Shown one piece after another: positions 12,930 through 24,369 of a stretch of DNA of 64,000 nucleotides. The notes beneath the pieces were generated by a model. It worked only from the letters and a program-made list of their open reading frames with translations, did not search any database and was not told the DNA's origin. How positions within the stretch are numbered: position 1 is the stretch's first letter; each line of letters begins with the position of its first letter. The DNA is from Octopus vulgaris (taxonomy: Eukaryota), in contig OX597839.1 of the NCBI GenBank assembly GCA_951406725.2, forward strand, positions 31,062,001 through 31,126,000, written 5' to 3'. A program made the position numbers and the translations under genes.

Positions 12930-13184
12930 ATATGTAAAAAAAATACAAACTGGGACAGGAACGCAAAACATTTAGAAGACGATACAAGAAACACGGACGG
13001 GACATTCGAAGCCTTCAATCTTCAGTCAAGAACCGGATCATCTACGCAGTTAATCAGCCGAAATTGCGAAGATGATCCGGTTCTTGACTGAAGATTGAAG
13101 GCTTCGAATGTCCCGTCCGTGTTTTTTGTTTCGTCTTCTAAATGTTTTACGTTCCTGTCCCAGTTTGTATTTTTTTACATATAC
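12927..13184. repeat. ~125-bp near-perfect inverted repeat (foldback) between (TA)n tracts
   Basis: Left arm ~12927-13051, right arm ~13062-13184, few mismatches, ~10-nt loop. Confidence 0.92.
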
Positions 13185-13292
13185 ATATATATAGCGACGT
13201 CTAATATGTAAGTATATATATATATATATATGAAAAAACAAGTCAAAAATGTTTTTTCATATATATCAACTCGTGTGTTCCTTTCCACCCTT

Positions 13293-13331
<39 letters not shown>

Positions 13332-13499
13332 AGAGAGAAGATGGAGACAAGATTAATAAAAGTTTATATATATATATATATATATATTACAAATAAGAAA
13401 ATGGGGAAGCACATTAGTTGGTTCATCAGCTTTAGTATATTAAAATGTTGACTTATTTATTTATGAAAACGACAACCATAGTAACATACATACATATAG

Positions 13500-13800
13500 T
13501 ATATAATACATTTTCCACCGAATTCTATGGATAAATTCATTAATCCTAAATATTAACTCCTTAATATAAGTGTCCTTAGTTGGTATTGGTATGTCTTTTA
13601 GCGATGAGTCCATCCGTATTATCTCCATTTTCCCAACAGTATTCATTTTGAGGGACTATCATACCATACTCAAATGTAATATATATATATATATATATAT
13701 ATACGTAAATGTCGAACGATGAAAATGTATAGAATTTCTATTTTGTGAATTAAGGCTACCATTGGTTTCATGTAGAGAAAAATAGTTAAATATCTCAATA
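13500..13800 (-). mobile_element. 5' fragment of a second Penelope-like element (ORF N-terminus plus half hammerhead)
   Basis: SLKDIPIPTKDTYIKELIFRINEFIHRIRWK resembles the N-terminus of PLE ORFs; upstream GAAA-CCAAUGG-UA-GCC at ~13753-13770. Confidence 0.6.
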
Positions 13801-13809
13801 TCTTAACAA

Positions 13810-14420
13810 TTTTTCAAGCCGATCATGTGGAGGAGTAGTGTTCGTCTCCTATATCTGTAGGAGACGAATGTGCCATCCCAGCCCCATTTTGGTTCTTCAT
13901 AATTTCCAGAGAAATGGATATTTTTTCATGAAACTTTCTACAAATACCCTTCAAATGATGTAAATTTGATATAATCGTAATTAAAACTCACTGAAAGGTA
14001 TCTATTCCGAGGGTGGTGAGAGGCGTTTCGGAAAATTCACACGAGTCGCCTCTGCTTTTTCATAACTGCCAGAAAAATTGGTATTTTTTAATGAAATTTC
14101 CTATAAATACTTCCAGTGTGTTTTAATTACGACTATATCGAAATTCAATATTAAAAAAAAAAAATGAAAATTGCTTAGCTGGCATTCATTCATAATGATA
14201 TATCACCTATATACACAAAATGAAGCTTAAAATCTCGAGAGAAAAAAATCATGTGTCAATACGTATGGATGTGTGCTCACCATTATGCTTTTCATATCAA
14301 ATTTCGATGTCGTAATCCACAAACTCTGAGAGGTATTTCTAGGAAATTTCATTAAAAAAAGGGTAAATTTTTATATTAACACCCGCACGAGTTTCACTAA
14401 GAAAAAAAAAAACCTCGGAT
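13810..14420 (+). mobile_element. Non-autonomous DNA element with degenerate ~160-bp internal units homologous to the satellite at 44210-53420
   Basis: Hairpin TTCGTCTCCTA..TAGGAGACGAA, then units such as AAATGGATATTTTTTCATGAAACTTTCTACAAATACCCTTCAAATG matching the satellite minus strand AAATGGATTTATTTTTCAATGAAATTTTATGGAAATACCTTTCAAATG. Confidence 0.55.
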
Positions 14421-14685
14421 TTTTTGCGTGGAATCAAGTATCCTGACCTCCTAATATGCTGCAAATCCCTTATTTTGGTTCAGAAAAAAAGTGGGGGTGG
14501 CGAGGGGGTATATACATTTGATAACGAACCATGTTATATATTTCTTTACTGCCCACAAGGGGCTAAACATAGAGGGGACAAACAAGGACAGACAAAGGGA
14601 TTAAGTGCGAAACTGGTACTTTTTTTATCGACCCCGAAAGGATGAAAAGCAAAGTCGACCTCGGCGGAATTTGAACTCAGAACGT

Positions 14686-15160
14686 AGGCTGTGGATTTCC
14701 CATATCCATATATCTGTCAATCGCCAGCTGGAGGAGATGTCTTCCTGGGGGTTACACGCTACAGTAGCATCGGCCCTTAAGGGTTAGCTACATTTAAGTG
14801 ACAAATATACTTCACAATGTGTTGCAGCTACTGTTTAATTCTCGCTCAGAGATTTAATATTGCTTGTTTCCACTTTTTTCGAGATCAGTGACTTTTCGTC
14901 ACCAGGAAAAGTATATTGAGAACCACTTCCCATCGCCAACCGGTGGTTGTCACACGCTGATGAAGGGTCAATACTCAGAAACTCAGGTCCATGTGTATCA
15001 CGTCAGGCTGCGGATGGGAACGATGACTTCCCTTTGCAAATATTCATAGGACACAGATAGTGTGTCAATGGCCAGCAGGAGGAGATGTCTTCCTGGAGCT
15101 ACAAGCTACAGTAGCATCGACCCTTAAGGGTTAACCACATTTAGGTGGCAAATATACTTC

Positions 15161-15161
<1 letters not shown>
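14686..15161 (+). mobile_element. Retrozyme-like / PLE pLTR-like partial tandem (~348-nt period) containing a hammerhead
   Basis: ~100-bp direct repeats at 14715-14814 and 15063-15161; hammerhead at 14951-14995; ends in (TA)n; no ORF. Confidence 0.65.
14951..14995 (+). ncRNA. Type I hammerhead ribozyme motif (GUC site after 14989)
   Basis: CACACG-CUGAUGA-AGGGU-CAAU-ACUCA-GAAA-CUCAGG-UC-CAUGUG; stem I pairs 5 of 6; distal UUCCCAUC/GAUGGGAA pairing. Confidence 0.7.
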
Positions 15162-15220
<59 letters not shown>

Positions 15221-15383
15221 TATATATATATATGCATGGATGGATGTATGTATGGATGGATGGGTGGGTGGGTGTGAAAAATAGTTTCTGAAAAGAGACA
15301 TTGATAACACGAAGTAAGGACAGAGTTACAATCGTGAATATAGCCAATCAAACCGTACCATATATACAGACAAACTTACACAC

Positions 15384-15431
<48 letters not shown>

Positions 15432-15718
15432 TATACATGCATGCAAATATACATATGTACATATATACCTACATACGAGACGATCCTTATGAAGAGATAA
15501 TGTAGGGCTATAGAAATGTATGTATGTATGTATGTATGCGTGTATGCATGTATGCGTGTATGTGTGTATGCATGTATGTGTGTGTATACGCGTGCGTGCG
15601 TGTGTATTAGTGTAAAGAGTAAAGATTTGTAAGAGTAAAGGGCAAACAAAATCAGGGAACAATAGTTATGATGTCTGTCAAAATCATGGCGGTACAAAGT
15701 ATACGATTTAAAGGAAAC

Positions 15719-15755
<37 letters not shown>

Positions 15756-16369
15756 GTGGGGGTGGTGGTAGAAATTAGATTATTTAAAAGGGGAAGAGAT
15801 AGCCTAGAGAGATTCTGATGGACAACAAATTCGTGAGGTTTCAAACCGTAAAATAAAAGGCTGGAGTAAATTGTTGGTTATAATTAGTACGGCCATTAAT
15901 TATTTTTTGTCTCTTTATCTTTTACTTGTTTTTAGTCATTGAACTGTCCCCATCCTGGAGCACCCCCTTCAAGGGATTTAGTGGAATAAATCGATTAGAG
16001 CACTTGATGTTTTTTAAAGCCTGGTACTCATTCTATCGAACTCCTATTGACGAACGTTTTGCGAAGTTATTAGTTATAGTTGATAACGTTGTTAATTATA
16101 ATTGGCGAAGTTGTTAATTATAATTGATGGAGTTGTTAATTATGATTCTTCTCGATATGTGTTGGGATTAAAATACAGGGGTGGGGTGGGATAACCCGTT
16201 TCTGAGATCTGAGGTGTTAAACTAGATGATGCGTAGGATTGTGGGAGAGGTTGAAGATGTTGCCATGTTTAAACACCTCAGATACATTGTGTCGGTAACT
16301 GTGGAATGTTGTAACAAGTTGTGAAATACCACGAGTCAAATGGCCGCGTTGAATGGCGGGAGTCAAAGT

Positions 16370-16665
16370 CGATTATGAAATATACAGTGAGTCATTGACT
16401 CGTTATTAAGAAATATACAGCGTCTCATTGGCTCGTTGTTAAGAAAGATACAGTTTCAGTGACTCGTTATTAATATACAGCGCCTCATTGACTCATTGTC
16501 AAGAAATATACAGCGACTCATTGACTCATTGTCAAGAAATATATAGCGACTCATTGATACATTACTAAAAATGTATAGCAGCTCAGTGACTCGTTATTAA
16601 GAAATATACAGCGACTCATTAACTTGTTATTGACTCATTATTAACGAAATATACTGCGACTCGTT
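16370..16665. repeat. Degenerate ~39-bp minisatellite (GACTCATTGACTCRTTRTYAAGAAATATACAGC core), ~7-8 copies
   Basis: Direct reading. Confidence 0.8.
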
Positions 16666-17502
16666 GAGTGAAAAGTGTAAAATGTGGGAAAACTAAAGCA
16701 AGAGTTCTTTGTAGAAACATCACAAGGCCGTCTTTTATACAAAAGAAAAACGCACGTGCAGAATGTATGAGTGTTTTGGGTAAAAAATCGAAGTGTTTCT
16801 TAATATTTCTGAGATACTTCCATGTTGTTAAAGGAACAAATCAACAGAAATAACATGAGTTGCGCGCAGAAGCCGTGCTGGATGATTACGACCGAGTTTA
16901 TCAACTGTGAAAATAGTTCAAAACAACTATATCATTCTTAGCAGCTTTTTAGCTTTTTTTAATTTTTATTTTGCATAAAGCAACGAGATTTGTTGCAGGA
17001 AAACTGGAATATTGTACTTAAAGTGTGCAAATATGGCAGCGGGAACAAAACGGTTTGTAGCAAGACTCGAAACCGAGCCGCTACTTTGCGAAGTTTTAGT
17101 AACCACAATGCGCACGTGAGAGGTCAAGCTATTGACTAATCGGTACCCTGACTTCACATGACAGATCATTCTAGATCCTTCTGGAAGGTCGTTGTACAAG
17201 GGTACACCTTTCAGTGTGTGACAGGCCACGGTCCGGCTCCACGCACTCTCTTGCCGTTTATAAAAGTCGTTTTTACGATTTCTACCCATCTTTGATACGT
17301 ATGAACCTAATGTGTATATCTTCTCCTGTTTCGACCACTTTCAGTACAGAACCTTTGTAATCAACTATTTATGGATGCTGCAGAAAATTCTTCTTTCAAC
17401 TGTGTTGACTTGTTCTGGGAATTTTCTAATCCTTAAATATTACTGATGCGGTTGAATAAAAGTTAACAATTAAATGTTTTTCATGGTGTTGTTATACAAT
17501 TC

Positions 17503-17887
17503 GTGGAGGCGCAATGGCCCAGTGGTTAGGGCAGCGGACTCGCGGTCATAGGATCGCGGTTTCGATTCCCAGACCGGGCGTTGTGAGTGTTTATTGAGCG
17601 AAAACACCTAAAGCTCCACGAGGCTCCGGCAGGGTGGGGTGGCGGTCCCTGCTGTACTCTTTCACCACAACTTTCTCTCACTCTTACTTCCTGTTTCTGT
17701 TGTACCTGTATTTCAAAGGGCCGGCCTTGTCACTCTCTGTGTCACGCTGAATATCCCCGAGAACTACGTTAAGGGTACACGTGTCTTTGGATTGCTCAGC
17801 CACTTACACGTTAATTTCACGAGCAGGCTGTTCCGTTGATTCGGATCAACCGGAACCCTCGTCGTCGTAACCGACGGAGTGCTTCCA
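17503..17887 (+). mobile_element. Young full-length tRNA-derived SINE, family B, 10-bp TSD
   Basis: A box TGGCCCAGTGG, B box GGTTTCGATTCC, CpGs intact; TSD TATACAATTC at 17493-17502 and 17888-17897. Confidence 0.9.
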
Positions 17888-18733
17888 TATACAATTCACA
17901 CGCGGCCTCGCATGAATACCCTCAAGACAACAAGGAAAAGGGATTTCGTGAATTCGACGATGAGCCGAACACACTAACCACTAAGCCAGGCACCTTCACA
18001 CAGACACACACACACACACACGCTATAGCACAAAAATGGAAAATCCCAGGCTTTAAAAAGGAAATCACATTTGTTTCTGCACAGGACACCAGCTTAAAGT
18101 TACCGAGTTTACATCTACATATCATTATATAAGATAATTCTTTAGAATTTCTCTACTATAATTAGATATTTTTTCAGTAACAGCTGTGAATGAGTGCTTT
18201 CTCGGGTGGAATGCGATCGAGCGCTGTTGGGTTTCTTTGAATTTCCCCGGGTAAACTCTGTCTATTATTCCCCACCGATCAGTTGGTTACACAACGGTTG
18301 TAGTGATATAAAAACAAGTATAAAAGTAATATTACAATAATAATATCGAGACAATAAAATTACAGAACCTCAATGATGCTGACAATAAAAAGAAATAATA
18401 ATAAAATAATGGCCGAACCAAATCTTTTCCAGTGACAGTAATAATGGAATGAAAATAAAATAAAACTGCATGTTGGAATTTTATTTCCCGTTTCTCTGTC
18501 TGGGCACGCTGCTGTCTTTATGAGGTGCATATACGGTTGAGAGAGGTTTAGATGGCTGTCAATATATTGGTATGATGTCTAGACTGTCTGCTGTCCCATT
18601 TTAAAGCCAACTCCGAACGTTGTTTGAATAACATCTATTTTTACAGGAGGATATCACAATATTTACATAATTATACAGACTAGCGGGAAAGTCTAAAGGT
18701 GTAATTTAGTGTTTGAGAAACATTGCCTTAATA

Positions 18734-19156
18734 TCTCTCTCTATATAAACGGCAGTTTGTCTGTCTGTGTGTCTGTCAGGTTGTACCCTCACCCTGACCA
18801 CGGCTTTCAACCGATTCTGATGAAACTTGACACACACATAGACCAATGTCATAATTCAAAACTAACGCAGCGAAAATTTTGAAAAGCTCCCCCAGTTCTG
18901 AAAAAAATTGATAAATTCGACATGGGGTCGAGAATCTCAGCTTTTTACATTTTCTGTCTAGGGGACACAACTCGACCTTTTTATCACCCAAAGGGACAGC
19001 TAGGAACATCGTATACACAGAAGTATTCGAGTGAAGAGAAGACATTGCAACCTACACATGCGCCTTCGTTCCCTAGAGGGAAAGGACTAGATTGGGATTA
19101 GTCGTTGCCTACTAGGGGCTCTTACATACCCGTGCAACGCCGGGCTATGCTGCTAG
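18734..19156 (+). mobile_element. Complete non-autonomous Helitron
   Basis: 5' TC, 3' hairpin CCCGTGCAACGCCGGG followed by CTAG, inserted between A and T; shares segments with 38790-40900. Confidence 0.9.
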
Positions 19157-19377
19157 TATTAAATACAAGAAAGGTATTTGTCAAAGAATTTTTTGAAATC
19201 CTGCCATTTAATTAAAACTGCATTTTTAAGCATAATCGAAATGAATTTAGATGGTTTTGCTTATTTAGTTTCTTTAATATGTTTGACAGATTTGGTGCGA
19301 TTGATCGTTAATGGAATTACAAGATGAATTAAGGAGATAAAACATATGTTAATTAAATGTTTATCATTTATAATCCT

Positions 19378-19750
19378 TAAAGCGGTGAGTTGGCAGAATC
19401 GTTAGCACGCCGGGCGAAATACTTAGCGGTATTTCGTCTGCCGCTACGTTCTGAGTTCAAATTCCGCCGAGGTCGACTTTGCCTTTCGTCCTGTCGGGGT
19501 CGATTAAATAAGTACCAGTTACGCACTGGGGTCGATATAATCGACTTAACCCGTTTGTCTGTCCTTGTTTGGCCCTTTGTGGGCAATAAAGAAATAAGCG
19601 TTAGCACGCCGGGCGAAATTCCGCCGAGATCGACTTTATCTTTCATCCTTTCGGGATCGATAGATTAAATACCAGTTACGTACTGGGGTCCATCTAATCG
19701 ACTGGCCCCCTCCCCCAAAATTTCGCGTCTTGTACTTAGAGTAGAAAAGA
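19378..19750 (+). mobile_element. Composite SINE (family A copy followed by a related SINE body)
   Basis: Head, AAGAAATA tail, duplicated CGTTAGCACGCCGGGCGAAAT, then a second body with a different tail. Confidence 0.8.
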
Positions 19751-19925
19751 TTATTTCATTATGATATTTCATGTAATGTGCCCGTGATTTGAACACACAA
19801 ATGCAGAATATAGACCTTCTCCCCCCCACCACCTCTTTCTCTTATGTCTTCTCTATTTTCTCACGTTTCTCTCCCCCCACCCTCTCTCTCTATATCTATT
19901 TCTCTATTCGACTTGACAGACAGAC

Positions 19926-20077
19926 CGATGGAACCAGCAGACTAGATTATAGATGCTGGCCAAGGGTCTGCCGGAAATGAGTGTAGTTACATTGATAACA
20001 AACACGAATGGCTTCGTGTGAGATGGGGAGAAAAATACTCTATTCTTCACGATCGACGGTCCCTTTAATGCCAACAT
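19926..20077 (-). CDS. Probable first coding exon of the CYP3-clan P450 (MLALKGP...LASIYNLVCWFH-R)
   Basis: ATG at 20077; donor CG|GTCTGT in phase 2, compatible with exon 5192-5285; upstream acceptor tttcag at 20162-20167. The N-terminus is only moderately hydrophobic, so the assignment is uncertain. Confidence 0.4.
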
Positions 20078-20869
20078 GGATATACGCGGTTTGGTTATCC
20101 AGATAAGACCCACGTCAATCAGTTCCGTTGAGACACGGACCTCCACCAGGTGACCTAGGGGCTGAAATGAAGAACTAAAGCAGTCAACCAATGGAAATGT
20201 CTATTTTAAAGATTTTCTGTGAATTCCTCTTTTTGAGACCGGTTCATACATTATGTCCTCCGGTTACCAAATATCTTGAACGTCTTTTGGTTTGTTTAGG
20301 AAAATTCTAACAAAGAAACCTTTTCTTTTCTTGACCCAATTCCATTACACCGTCACCACCACCACCACCATTCGGCATCACTACCACCAACACCACCACG
20401 GCCACTACTAACATCGCCACCGCCACCACCACCAGCGGCATCACTGCCACTGCCATCAACGCCACCACCAACATCGCAACTGCCACCACCACTTCCACCA
20501 CCGCCACCACCACCATTAGTTTCATCGATGACTGATCAATTCCAAATCATCACCGTTATTAGCCAACGGATGTGGACACCTATTTGAATAGTGTTGTTCT
20601 TGCTGCTCTTAACAAGGGTGTGTGTGTGTGTGTGTGTGTGCGTGCGTGCGTGTGTGTGTGTGTGTGAGCGTGTGCGGTGTCTGATAGATTCCCACCCTGT
20701 CAACGTCTTTATATCCGTTACTGCCAAGCTGTTACCCTCAATTTGTGAGTCAACGTTTTCAAAATCGATTGCCAACGAAACCAAACTGATATTGCACGAA
20801 ACAAACCAAGACCTTATCTCATGTTTCTACTTTATTTTTACCCTCCACGTTGGCTTCTTTTTACCTATA

Positions 20870-21335
20870 AACATAAAAATAGAAGGCGAGGGGAAGAGGA
20901 GCAATTTTTTCTTGCCCAGACATTTTACTGACGCAATTCAAACCAACAAGGACGTCTCGTCTGCTTCGTTGGGTTTTTTTCTTAAGGTTTTCTTCACAAT
21001 TTATTTCTCGCTCAAAGAAAATTGAAGGCAAATATTGACGTTATTTGAAGAGAATTGTAATTTCATAATTAGGATATATAATTTATTTTGAAAAACACAT
21101 TGAAATTCGGACAAAGAAAAAAAGGAGAAAAAGAAAACCTTTCGTTTTTTATTTATTTTGTTTTCCCTTCATTCTGGATTATTGAATGTAAAATTAAGAA
21201 AAGAAGTGAAAAAATATTTTCAGAAAAAGTGTGATTTTAAGGAAAAAGAAGAAAGAAACGGGTGTGATTCTAACAAAAAAAAAAGGAAACTAAAAAGAAA
21301 AGACAACCGTTGTGAAAGTTAATTAATTTTTCATC
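20870..21335. promoter_or_regulatory. Putative bidirectional promoter / 5' UTR region between divergent CYP and SUMF2 genes
   Basis: Unique, TE-free sequence between the two inferred 5' ends; positional inference only. Confidence 0.3.
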
Positions 21336-21408
21336 ATGTTGATATTAATTACGACATTTTTGTTAATTGTTCAATCAGCCAACAATCAGGTCAGGAATTA
21401 TGACGATG
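21336..21408 (+). CDS. SUMF2: SUMF2-like exon 1 (signal peptide MLILITTFLLIVQSA)
   Basis: ATG, hydrophobic signal peptide, donor G|GTAAGA phase 1 matching the exon 2 acceptor phase. Confidence 0.75.
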
Positions 21409-21461
21409 GTAAGATTTACATTATTCTTCTCTCTATCGATTTCTCTCTTTCTTTCTTATCT

Positions 21462-21796
21462 TTTATCTTTTACTCGCTTCAATCATCAGACTGCGGCCAT
21501 GCTGGGGCGCCGCCCTGAAAGGTTCAGTTGTGCAAATCGGCTCCAATACTTAATTTTTTAAAGCCTCGTACTTATTCTATCGGTTTCTTCTGCCGAACAG
21601 CTAAGTTACAGGGACGTAAACAGACCAATACCGGTTGTCAAGTGGTGGTGGGGAACAAATACAGACATAAACACACATACACACAAATATAAACATACGT
21701 ACATGCATGCATGTTATTGTGTGTGTGTGTGTATATATGCATGCATGCATGTTATAGTATATATATATATACACATACATATATATATACACACAC

Positions 21797-21867
<71 letters not shown>

Positions 21868-22208
21868 ACACGCACTAAGTACAGGATATTACCAACGCGT
21901 GAGAAATTCGTAAACACACAGAGATAAGTAGAGGTCAAAATATCGAAGGAAGTCTAACTCCTCCTCAGTTGTTGACTGTTTATTGCTCCCAGTTTCGAGC
22001 TTTCACCTACAAGACAGGAAAACTGCATAAGACAGCAGCATCCAGATACGTATACAAGGGGCTTCACACAGCTTCCATCTACTGAATCTACTCACAAGGC
22101 CTTTGTTCAAGCCGGGCTATTTGCAGAAGACACTTGTCCAAGGTTCCACGTGCTATGTGGAACCCGGAGTCATGTGGTTGGGATGCCAACTTCCTGTCGC
22201 ACAGCCAC
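21462..22208 (-). mobile_element. SINE family C copy with internal microsatellite and an inserted PLE-like fragment (~21870-22050)
   Basis: Head and tail homologous to copies at 31345-31715 and 56950-57285. Confidence 0.7.
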
Positions 22209-22489
22209 GATTGCACCTTTTGTGACTTTGTTTAACATTTCGAAGTTATTTGGTCTCCAAATCAATTCCTGGAAGAGGTGTAGTTTTCGATTTATTCCTT
22301 GTTCTGTGGAATTCGTCTCCAGATTCAAAACAATTCCCAAACCGAAACCAGTTCCTTCACATAATGAACGAGAGAGATCCAGTGATTCATAGAAACCCTT
22401 GCGTTCTTTCATCAGAACTTGTCCTCTTCACCATTTATCCAACACAGAATAACACCAGTTTCTTCAGATTACACCGTTTCACTTCCAAA

Positions 22490-22641
22490 CACTAGCGTAG
22501 CTAGAGTGTGTACCGCTCGGGGCGGCCCTTCCGTTTGCCGTCCCTGGACCCCACAAAAAAAATTGTATTGCCTACAGCGGACCCAAAAGTGCCGCCCGGT
22601 GCAGACCGCCCCTACAGACCCCCCCCCCAGCTACGCTAGTG
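22490..22641. mobile_element. hAT-like MITE, 152 bp
   Basis: 13-bp TIR CACTAGCGTAGCT/AGCTACGCTAGTG and perfect 8-bp TSD CTTCCAAA (22482-22489, 22642-22649). Confidence 0.88.
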
Positions 22642-23252
22642 CTTCCAAACAATTATGTTCTTTTATTCAGTTCATGTTTTAACAGCGACCTTCACCTCAA
22701 AGTCACACGTAAGCACCTGACCTGCTGACTTAGCAAACCGCGTTCGATTCCAAATCAAATCTAATCCACGTCTTTTACATCCGTGATGTGTCTGAAAAAT
22801 ACATGAAACGTTGTAGTAGTATCTTGTTTCGATCGATAAATCATTTGTTTTGTGAATTGTTGAAACATTTCCGACTGAAAGCGGCCCAACTCGACATCTC
22901 TTTCCAACTCTACAAACCCTGCCTGTCAGTCTGTTTTGTTCTCTCCCTCCCTCCCCTTCTGTCACCCGCATTAGCTTTTTTATGTCTGGATTTTCATGGT
23001 CTTTCGTATTTAGGATATATTTTAACAAACGTATTCTTTCTTTTATATAAACGCATAGCTATTTATATAAGGGTTCATTATGTGCCTTTGTACATACATT
23101 CACACACACAAAATTACCCAAATCGCTTATTTTGGGGTGGTGGCTTTTATCTTTCAAACCCTATACTTAATTTCTTCTTTTGTTTTTTTCCAATAATGAT
23201 CTCTTCCATGTATGTAAATGCTTTCCTAAATAATCTTGCGCATCATTTTTGA

Positions 23253-23333
23253 AGCTCTGAAGAAGTTATAAGGTGATGTGCAAGTACGCACCTCTGAGTG
23301 CACTGCATCAGATAGCCGAAACAGCTGTAAGCT
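23253..23333 (+). ncRNA. Minimal type I hammerhead ribozyme motif with long stem II (GUA site after 23329)
   Basis: AGCU-CUGAAGA-AGUUAU..UGAUGUG...UGCAUCA.AUAGCC-GAAA-CAGCUG-UA-AGCU; canonical core, palindromic stem III. Confidence 0.7.
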
Positions 23334-23539
23334 AATGAAGTTAATTGCATAACTTCCAGTTCCTTGTCATTTGTTTAATTTCACATCTTTTATGCTTCAT
23401 GGGTTTCAACAAGAGGCTGGGGCCATGCTGTAGCACCGATTTTCGGTGTGTTTGAGGTGGACGGAGCTGGTCTTCTTTCTGCATCCTGCCGCGATGTCGG
23501 TTTATTTGGTATCTCAGATAAGAATTTGTCCAAACGTTC

Positions 23540-24020
23540 TTTGAACGCCTCACAAACTTCTGAAGTTGTTTGACAGAATATTGAACAGTCGTGGACCCTC
23601 GAAACCCAAGCTGTTACAGTATTGGGTTCTTAATCGAGATGGAAAAGACGGGATCTTTGGTACTATGCAGTGCCAACCAGCTCGGGGTTGGTATAGCTTT
23701 CAATTCCAAAGATGGGAGCTTGACCTTCCAGGATCTCCCATATGCCCATCACTGCACCTATTTCGCGCCTTCTCTCTAGAAAGTAGAGCGTCAGTTCTTT
23801 TAGCCTCTCCCCGTAACTCACCTGTTTCACGGAATCCATCTTCTTTGTGGAATGATGCTGGACTGCCTCAACTTCCGCCTCCGGTTCGACGCTCGGCGCT
23901 AACCACAGTTTCGAGCAGTAATCCAGACGGCTGAGGACGAAAGTTCTCCATGGGATTAGCATGGTATCCCCCACCTCCACATACATAGAGGATTGGACTA
24001 GTTCAGGAGTTTTATAGATT
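23540..24020 (-). mobile_element. CR1/L2-type LINE 3' fragment
   Basis: WRTFVLSRLDYCSKLW...EAVQ...SYGERLKELTLYFLERRR matches the post-RT region of CR1/L2 LINEs. Confidence 0.8.
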
Positions 24021-24369
24021 AAGATTGTTTTTGTTGCGTGTGTGTGTATATATGTATGTATGTATGTATGTTGGTATGTATGTATGTATGTATGTGCATA
24101 AACACGCACATATCTCAGTATGCGTGTTTGTATGTATGTGTGTATATATTTATGTATGTATGTATCTATCTAGCTGTGTGTGTGTGTATTTCTTAGGATT
24201 GCTTGCCAATAAAGAAAGAGTTGGTTTCTAACCTAGATCCAGAGCTCCTTTATTGGAATTTCAACAACATCAACGGGGTATTTGTGTATGTTATGTGTGT
24301 ATGTGTGCAGTATTTGGAATCAGTGCAGGAGCAGATTTGTTACGTTTTGTTTTATGCCTGTCTTCCCAC

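Noticed and set aside
13085-13115. Hammerhead at CTGAAGA in the foldback (also at ~53550)
   Set aside because: No GAAA/stem III/NUH arrangement.
16966-17289. 107-aa minus-strand ORF
   Set aside because: No recognisable domain or splice context.
17503-17580. tRNA gene
   Set aside because: Head of a SINE with body, tail and TSD.
18876-18890. CTGATGAAAC as a hammerhead core
   Set aside because: Part of the Helitron 5' sequence; no stems.
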